This document shows, one piece after another, positions 56,187-64,000 of a stretch of DNA of 64,000 nt (position 1 is its first letter; each line of letters begins with the position of its first letter). The DNA is from Hydrolagus colliei. Lineage: Eukaryota. Under the pieces are notes generated by a model. That model was not told the origin of the DNA. It was given only the letters and a program-made list of their open reading frames with translations, and did no database searches. The DNA lies in NCBI GenBank assembly GCA_035084275.1, contig CM068755.1, forward strand, positions 16,058,001 to 16,122,000. Direction: 5' to 3'. Both the position numbers and the translations under genes were made by a program.

Positions 56187-57620
56187 ATCTCTGTGGTGCA
56201 CATTGCTCAATCGCCTGACAAAAGATGACTGTTCAGATCTTTGTCTTTGAAGAGGTGAAAATCCTATGGCTGTTACTCAGGGTGAATCATGAACCTCTCC
56301 TCCCTTCCAGCTGAGCTGCTGCTCTAGAGGCCTAGTGGGAGATTGTTTGTAAGATATGGAGTAATCCTTCGGGATGAAACAGATAGAAACCTCCCCCAAC
56401 AAAATGTTGGAAGAAGGTGCAGAGTAATGGAATGTTCCGAGGGTTTTATTTTTATAATTGGTGTTTCAAACTACTAATGATTTACGATTACGTTCCGTGT
56501 CCTCCTTTTTTGGGGGAAACTAAAGAATGATTTTCAGTTCAGTTTAACATTGTGCTTTTACTCAGCAGAATTTTAGCTGGGATCAGTGCCAAGACATTGT
56601 CAAATAATGAATCAAGCCTGACCTTGCTGGGCAAGCATGTAACTCTTAACTCTTAATGACTTCCTGAACACGGGGGGAAAAATATTCCTCCATAAATGTC
56701 TTGCTCAAGGTTCTACTGGAAAGTTGATAAACAGGGAATTCACTCAGGAGACGGTGGGAGCAATAGAGTTAACGCTTTGTTTTTGAATCTGATCGTTAGT
56801 TGTCACGTGTACAAAATACAGTTCTAGTCGCTGAAAATAACTCACCCTTTCTGCAAGCATCCTGTCTGACATTTGTTTTTTTCCCTATCCCAAGTGAGCA
56901 ATTAGAGCTTCAGGGAGTTTAAGACCCAGGGAATTAAGGATTAGGGCTTAATTTTGCGATGTTTCTACCGCTTTTCTCCTCATCAGAAGCCTGGATTTGG
57001 AGTTTGAGAGATGCAATCTTTCAAACTTTCCTCCCTGTGAGGCAATGTTACTTCTTTTGATTGTGCGAACAGGGTGGATACGGAAATATATTCCCCTTTG
57101 ATGTTAATATGAAGGAGTTTTTAAAAAGTAAGCCCAGATTCAATCTGGTCTTTCGATCTGGCCTTGTCTTGGGCCTGAATTGGCTGCATTGAGGCAGCGC
57201 CTGGTGGGTTAACAGGAAATAGGAAATCAGTGGTAACATGATTTTGGGGAAAGATAAATTGTTGGCATTGTGGAATACGGATTGTATGTTAATTGCAGTT
57301 ATGACTCACAATCTAGTTGAGAAACCCCCCCATTTTCATCCTGATTTCTACTGGGAATTACATCATGGTAGGATGATTGTAGTAACACAATCATTTAAAA
57401 AAAAATTGGTCTAAAACATACTCGTCTGATATGGTTATGGCTGCAATGTTTTAAATATTAAGGCTGCTGTACCTCGCAAATTGAAATAGTTGAGATTAAA
57501 AAGCTATTTTAGGTCCAATGCAATTCAACTATTCCATCGAATCAAATAAATTAGCAATTTCAACCCAATCAAGTAGAAAATTGGAAGCAAAATGAAGCGT
57601 TCTGTAACCATGGGTTGTGA

Positions 57621-57800
<180 letters not shown>

Positions 57801-58436
57801 CTTGACGTTGCAATGGTAAAGGGCTCTATCCATTCCCTGAGTCTCCATATACTTACTGTACCTGTGTAACGCTTGCTGTTTCCTGTTTTTGTAATTCAGA
57901 ATTTGCTGATTAATGTGACCACTGTCTTAAAACTTATGTTAAAACTGTCTTTATATAAATGAGTTGCAACACGTTAAATTAATGTCAGCTGTGAAGCATT
58001 TTTATATTGTGTACACACACTTACATACACACAAACACACACACGGGCAGTGTAAAATGGTAAAACCATTTTGTAAATGAGGTCATCATGTAAAGTAATG
58101 CTATTTTTAAATGGTGTTAAGCAATAGGGCTCGATTGGATACCTTGCATATCTTACTGTCTTAGATACGTCGATAGATATGAGAAACACAACTTCTAGCT
58201 CAGAGCAATAGCTTTGTTTGGGCCGGGGCATGCTCATGAAGTGCGTGAAACACCGAGGGCACCGCTTTAACCAATGTCGTCACTAATTCATTTGGTTTCT
58301 TTTTTTTTCATCGTGTTTCTTAGTATTCAATTGTAATTGTAAATTTTACTCTTTGTGTATTTATGCATGTACTATGATCGTCTTTTTAATTTCCGGTTAT
58401 GATTTTCAAATATTATATTCCGTATGTTTCGATCCT

Positions 58437-58442
58437 AATAAA
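58437..58442 (+). terminator. Candidate RAB11A polyadenylation signal AATAAA
   Basis: Followed about 20 nt later by GU/U-rich gctgttggtgttttttgtc; alternative ATTAAA at 58949-58954. Confidence 0.5.
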
Positions 58443-59044
58443 AGGAAACAAAAGGGGGCTGTTGGTGTTTTTTGTCATTGAAGTAAAGCTGGGGTTTAAA
58501 TTTCCGGATCTAGAATCTGCTGCCAGAGAACTTTGTGACCTTTTTCCTGGTATCTTGGATCTTCTCAGAAGTTGGAGGTTATTAAACATTGTGGTTAAAT
58601 TGAAACAAAGAACCTTTTTAACCACCCTGGACATCAATGTAAGTTGCAGAGGAAATGTTCCAGGTCCCCAGCATACCGTCCCATTGGCTTCATTCCCCTC
58701 GCTAGCCACAAACATTGACCAAAATAATACCTTTTCAGAACAAAATCAAAATACGTTATTGCAAGTGAGTGAAAGTAACTTTTATTACTTTTCACAAAAT
58801 TGCAACCGAGCAAACCTCTTACCAATTAGTTCATTTTAAAAATATGTATAGCCGTTGGTGTCACCATAGATGTGTCGATACTCTTGAACTAATGCTAGAG
58901 GGCCTGTTGCACGTTCCTTTGTAAAATACTGTATCATATATACCAGCTATTAAAAAAAAGTGAAGATAAAATAACGTTGATTACATAGTGTATTTTGGAA
59001 CTCGCTGGAAGCAATGTGATACTATGCCAGCCTGGCATACACTC

Positions 59045-59172
59045 TGGCTGACCCAGATGGCTGTGAAATCGTTTCGCCCACAAATATCCAGTCAATTCAC
59101 TTTCCAGTATATTCTGTGAAGCGCTTTGAGACACAGTCTAGAAGACGTGAAAATGCAAGGGTTATTATTATC
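59045..59172 (+). mobile_element. SINE 3' fragment
   Basis: cgtttcgcccacaaatat..gtcaattcactt..gtgaagcgctttgagac. Confidence 0.7.
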
Positions 59173-62110
59173 TACCCCCATAATGGATAGATTCTGTCAT
59201 TTCATATGCTGTGGTATATCATTTCTGTAGCTTAAAGGTAAGCAGTCAAAACTTCAGAATGTATCAATGTCCACTTACAAACCCAGACTCACTGCCTCAC
59301 TTGTCGCTATAACATATAAGAAGCCGCCTACTCTCATTATCCCTGTAATAGTTAGTTAGAGAATTCTCATTTGAAATGATTGCTCGTTGCAGTATTTGCT
59401 GGTTTTGTTGAGTGCCTAGTCCACACATTTCACTACTCTGCAAAAGCATCTAACTCTTTGAAAAAGCTTTGACTTAATACACTGTTTAATACATGGAAGT
59501 GCATGGAGAATTGTAAATCAAAACTCAGATCAACAATTACTTGAAATTAATCTTAAAATTAATATTTTACTGCTAAACATTTGAAATATTGTCACAATAA
59601 CCAAGCTACGGGTTTTAAATGAATGAAAAATTAAAATGAAGTCATTTCACTGCCTTCACATCACGCCAGTGTAATTCTTCCAAACCCTAACCCTAACCCT
59701 AAAAATTGCAAATGCTGGAAATTTGAAATACCAGCAGAAACGTTTTGGCTGAAGGTTTGAATAGCTGAAATGCTGAGCTGCCTTTTTTCTGATGCTGATT
59801 GATATACATTTCTGTAAGCTTCCTGTTTTTTAAAAAAATCCTGTTATTCAAACACTAATTGTTGATGTTCTTAATCACAACTGAAAGTGATGTATTTGCA
59901 GGTCAGGCCTACAGTGAATAATTCAGTAATATAATAATCCTTCCATTTGATTTGATCCATTTCACAATATACTGTAAAGTGAATTACAGCGCCTTGGGAT
60001 GTCCTCTCGACGTGAAAGGCGCTATATAAATGCAAGTTTTGTTTGTTGTTTGTTTATTGACTGTACAGTATATATTTGTGGGCGAACTGTTTCATTTATC
60101 AAAATTTCACGCTCTAGCTTTGTCAGGCTCCAAAACAAACGCACATTTCTCCCCCTTTCTGGTCCACTTCACTACTGCTTTTTGTGTCTGAAACATGACC
60201 TGATATCAAGCCTTTTCACTACCTCACTGACTAGTCTCTGGCCTGCGTTTTGTTTCTGTATTTTCATTTTTAAAAAACTTCAGATGAGTGAAAAGGTAAC
60301 TTGCATTACTTCATTACACCTAAAGAAAAGCCAGTAATTCTTAAGTGTTTCTTTCCATCTCCTTAGTCAAATTTGGCAATGAGGCAAATGCTTCCTATAG
60401 CGCTTTGGGACGTCCTGCTGAGGTGAAAGGCACTATATAAGTGTAATTTTGTTGTATATATCCTTTTAACGCAGGTTACAGTTTATATACATCATAGCAA
60501 TAATATATCACCTATTCCATCGCTTGCATAATTTAGTCAACGTTTAAATTTGATGATTTTGTTACCTTAAAACACTCAAAAGCGTGCGCATGCACACACA
60601 CACACACACACAGAATAATCAACAGTGAACTTGTAAGGAAAACATTTATAGTGGATACATAATACAATTTCCTGCAGTTTTAAGTGAAACCAACCCTGCA
60701 AAGCAATTCAAATAGCAGGCTCTCTCTCTCTCTCTCTGCTCTCCTATCCGGCAACAAAACCAAAAGTCACAACTATAAATCAGGGAGTAAGGAAACAAAA
60801 CTACACATTTTATCCTACGCGGAATAAAACAAGCTCGTGGGTTTCGAGGCTGCAGAACATTTTATGGCATCGGAACCTATGCAACCCAGTTCACATCACC
60901 AGAATGTGTAGCCCCCGTGACCAGTATGATACTGCAGTCATCATCAGTTTCGTTCCCTTGTTAGTAGTGTCTGCGGAAGCGTGCTTTGTGTGGTTCAGTG
61001 TATGTTCAATAATTCCTGTGCTCCCTCCAAGCTTGGTAGACTTGCCTCCGCCCGAGGCTACCAAAGCTCTCGCCCCACCGAGGCCAGCGATACAAGTGCA
61101 AATGACGTTCGAGACTGGGGTTTCACATTCGGATCTCTTTTAATTGATTGAGAGTCTGATATCTCATAGCATCCAGCTAAACACTGCCCACCCCCCAACC
61201 CCCATCCCATCTACCCTAGCTACAAACTTTGTTCAGCTTTGGACATGCTCATTTACCCTAGAAGATAATTGTGTCACCGACACATACAAATTCAGGTCAG
61301 GAACAATTTGAGATACTTAGTACATTGTCAAGATGATATGGGTCCTCACATTAGATGGGACCACAAGCTTATGATTTTTGTCAATATTCTAGTTAATAAT
61401 TTTATATCAACAATGCTTCATGCAATGTAAAGTCCTACAGGGAACACCCTATAAATCTACTAAATACTATACGAGTCGAGTTTTTAAAACGCTTACTAGG
61501 TGGGCGATTTTAAACGGCAGTAATGTATATTACCGAGCCATTCAAAACACCGCATTTCAAATGATCGCCGGCGAGAAGAGGCAATGTAGAATAAGAATGA
61601 AGATGTTTCCAGATTTCCTTGTGTTCGCTTTTCTCCCCTATTCCCTCAACTGTATGGTTTAATGCTCTCCCCCCAACCCACCCCACCACCCCCCCCACTC
61701 CCACCCCGACATCACAGTTTGTTGCTGTTGACTTGAATAATTACAGATGCTGGTTTAACCTTACAACAGTTGAACTAGGTAGTGCAGACGATATTTCTTT
61801 TTTCTTTGCACCCCCCCCAACAAAAATGTACATTTCCAAGTCTCGGATCGAGGTTCTTTGCTTTGACTGCGTTACAGTCGAACGACAGTACAGTACAGCA
61901 CTTTTTCAATTGAATTACCATGCAGTGGTCAGAAGTCAGGTTGGGAGGGGGGGGTGGGGAGTGGGGGGAAAAGGGGGAAACACTTTGCGTTTCATCGTCC
62001 GCGTTAACTTGAGTTTCAGCATATTTCAGGGCAAAAAGGATTGTCTTCTCTGCCGCTATTTCGTGGAAGCAACAGACAGAGTACGTAGCAATAGGTGACT
62101 CGGATCAAAG

Positions 62111-62317
<207 letters not shown>

Positions 62318-62329
62318 TCAAACGAAAGA

Positions 62330-62640
62330 CAACGACAACAACGACATTGCATTTCTGGAGCAGCCTTTCACATCGGGAGGACGTCCCAAGGCGCTGAACA
62401 GTCAGGGGGTCGGGCAAGTTGAGAGGGGGCAGGGTAGGGGTGAGGGGTGCGGGAGAGAGTTGGGAGAGAGTTAGGAGGGGGAGGGAGAGAGTTGGGAGGG
62501 GGAGGGAGAGAGTTGGGAGGGTAGCAGAAGGCACGGTCGAAGAGGAGGGTCTTGAGACTAGCCTTGAAGGAGGCGAGGGAGGAGGCGAGGCGGAGGGACT
62601 GCGGGATGGATTCCAGAGTGCGGGGACATTGGGTTCACAG
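62330..62640 (-). mobile_element. L2-type LINE 3' end with internal purine-rich minisatellite
   Basis: LWNPSRSPSA/SFKASLKTLLFDRAF-like remnant, (GGGAGAGAGTTGGGAGG)-like repeats at 62450-62520, (TTG)-like tail. Confidence 0.7.
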
Positions 62641-62974
62641 AACCAAAGCCAGGATTTTAGATTTTAAACGAACAAATTACCTTTGGGGTTTACAGTCAAC
62701 TTTACTTACGTTCCTATTTGTTGTCGGTGCATTGAAATAGAAAATACAAAACCCTATTTCCTAACCACACCCCATTGAATTCACTGTTCGTGGCACATAG
62801 GTCAGTGGGAAGAATGCAACACAATCCACCTCAGCTTGTCCACCACCTCCGTAAACTATCAATTGCATCACCTCACAGAGTGACTAAACCTGATTTTCCA
62901 GTTGCTGATGATGGACTTTCAAACGCCGCCCTGCCAGGCTTTGTGCGTCTGGGTTTCTAGGACATTCACTACGT

Positions 62975-63100
62975 GCCTCACAGAATATACTGTAAAGTGA
63001 ATCGACTGTATGTTTGTGGGCGAAATGCGGCAGCCAATTGCGCACAGCGGCGTCCCCCCCCACACACGAACAGTCGTGGATTGAAATGACCACATTTAAA
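62975..63100 (-). mobile_element. SINE fragment
   Basis: Family body, inverted relative to 63670-63897. Confidence 0.8.
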
Positions 63101-63233
63101 AAAAACAAGTTGAAGGAGTATTATTGTCACTAGGCGTGTGGGGTAAGATGTGAAAAGCGCGATATCAAATGGAAGTATTATTCTTATTATTATCTCCCAA
63201 AATGCGACCTTGCCCCCCCCCCCAGGAACTTCA

Positions 63234-63629
<396 letters not shown>

Positions 63630-63669
63630 TCAGATTTTTAATTCTTTCCATCAACCCTTTGTATCACAC

Positions 63670-63897
63670 CCATCACCTCGGGCAAGTTTCCTTACTCCAC
63701 ACACACACACCTAATAATAATCCGTCCACAATAATAAAAATTGGTCATTTTCAATCCACGAATGTTTTGTGGGGCACGCCGCTGTGCGCAGTTGGCTGCC
63801 GCGTTTCGTCCATAAATAAATATACAGTCAATTCACTTTACGGTGTATTCTGTGAAAAGGCGCGACATCAAATACAAGGATTATTATTATTATTATC
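63670..63897 (+). mobile_element. SINE (CORE-like box to (TTA)n tail)
   Basis: cctcgggcaagtttcctt...gctgtgcgcagttggctgccgcgtttc...caaggattattatta. Confidence 0.8.
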
Positions 63898-63912
63898 ACA
63901 GCCTCTGTATCT

Positions 63913-64000
63913 TACATAAGAACATAAGAATTAGAAACAGGAGTAGGCCATTCGGCCCCTCGAGCCTGCTCCGCCATTCAATAAGATCATGGCTGATCTT
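63913..64000 (-). mobile_element. CR1-family (HER1/HE1-like) 3' tail, truncated by window edge
   Basis: acataagaacataagaa repeats plus ggagtaggccattcggcccctcgagcctgctccgccattca. Confidence 0.7.

Noticed and set aside
58399-58839. 146 aa ORF downstream of RAB11A
   Set aside because: Lies in the presumptive 3' UTR; no domain, splice structure or codon signal that I can recognise

Overview
AT-rich vertebrate genomic DNA carrying the syntenic block DENND4A(-) / tRNA-Gln-CTG(-) / RAB11A(+) / MEGF11(-). A cartilaginous fish, possibly a chimaera, is inferred from the DeuSINE/CORE-SINE/CR1/L2 repeats and compact introns. I traced 22 constitutive DENND4A coding exons (ATG at 26232, gene runs off the left edge), the complete 5-exon RAB11A CDS (216 aa) and the last two MEGF11 coding exons, all with consistent splice phases. 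DENND4A and RAB11A are head-to-head across a CpG-rich region containing an intact tRNA-Gln gene. I see no prokaryotic-type system and cannot claim a wholly new one. The best leads are: a minimal Penelope-type hammerhead ribozyme motif at about 11.1 kb; two in-frame candidate cassette exons in DENND4A (39 and 111 nt); a GC-donor MEGF11 exon bracketed by inverted SINEs; a decayed antisense coding-like segment next to RAB11A exon 2; and a perfect 17-bp inverted repeat. All coordinates were read by hand, and repeat boundaries are approximate.
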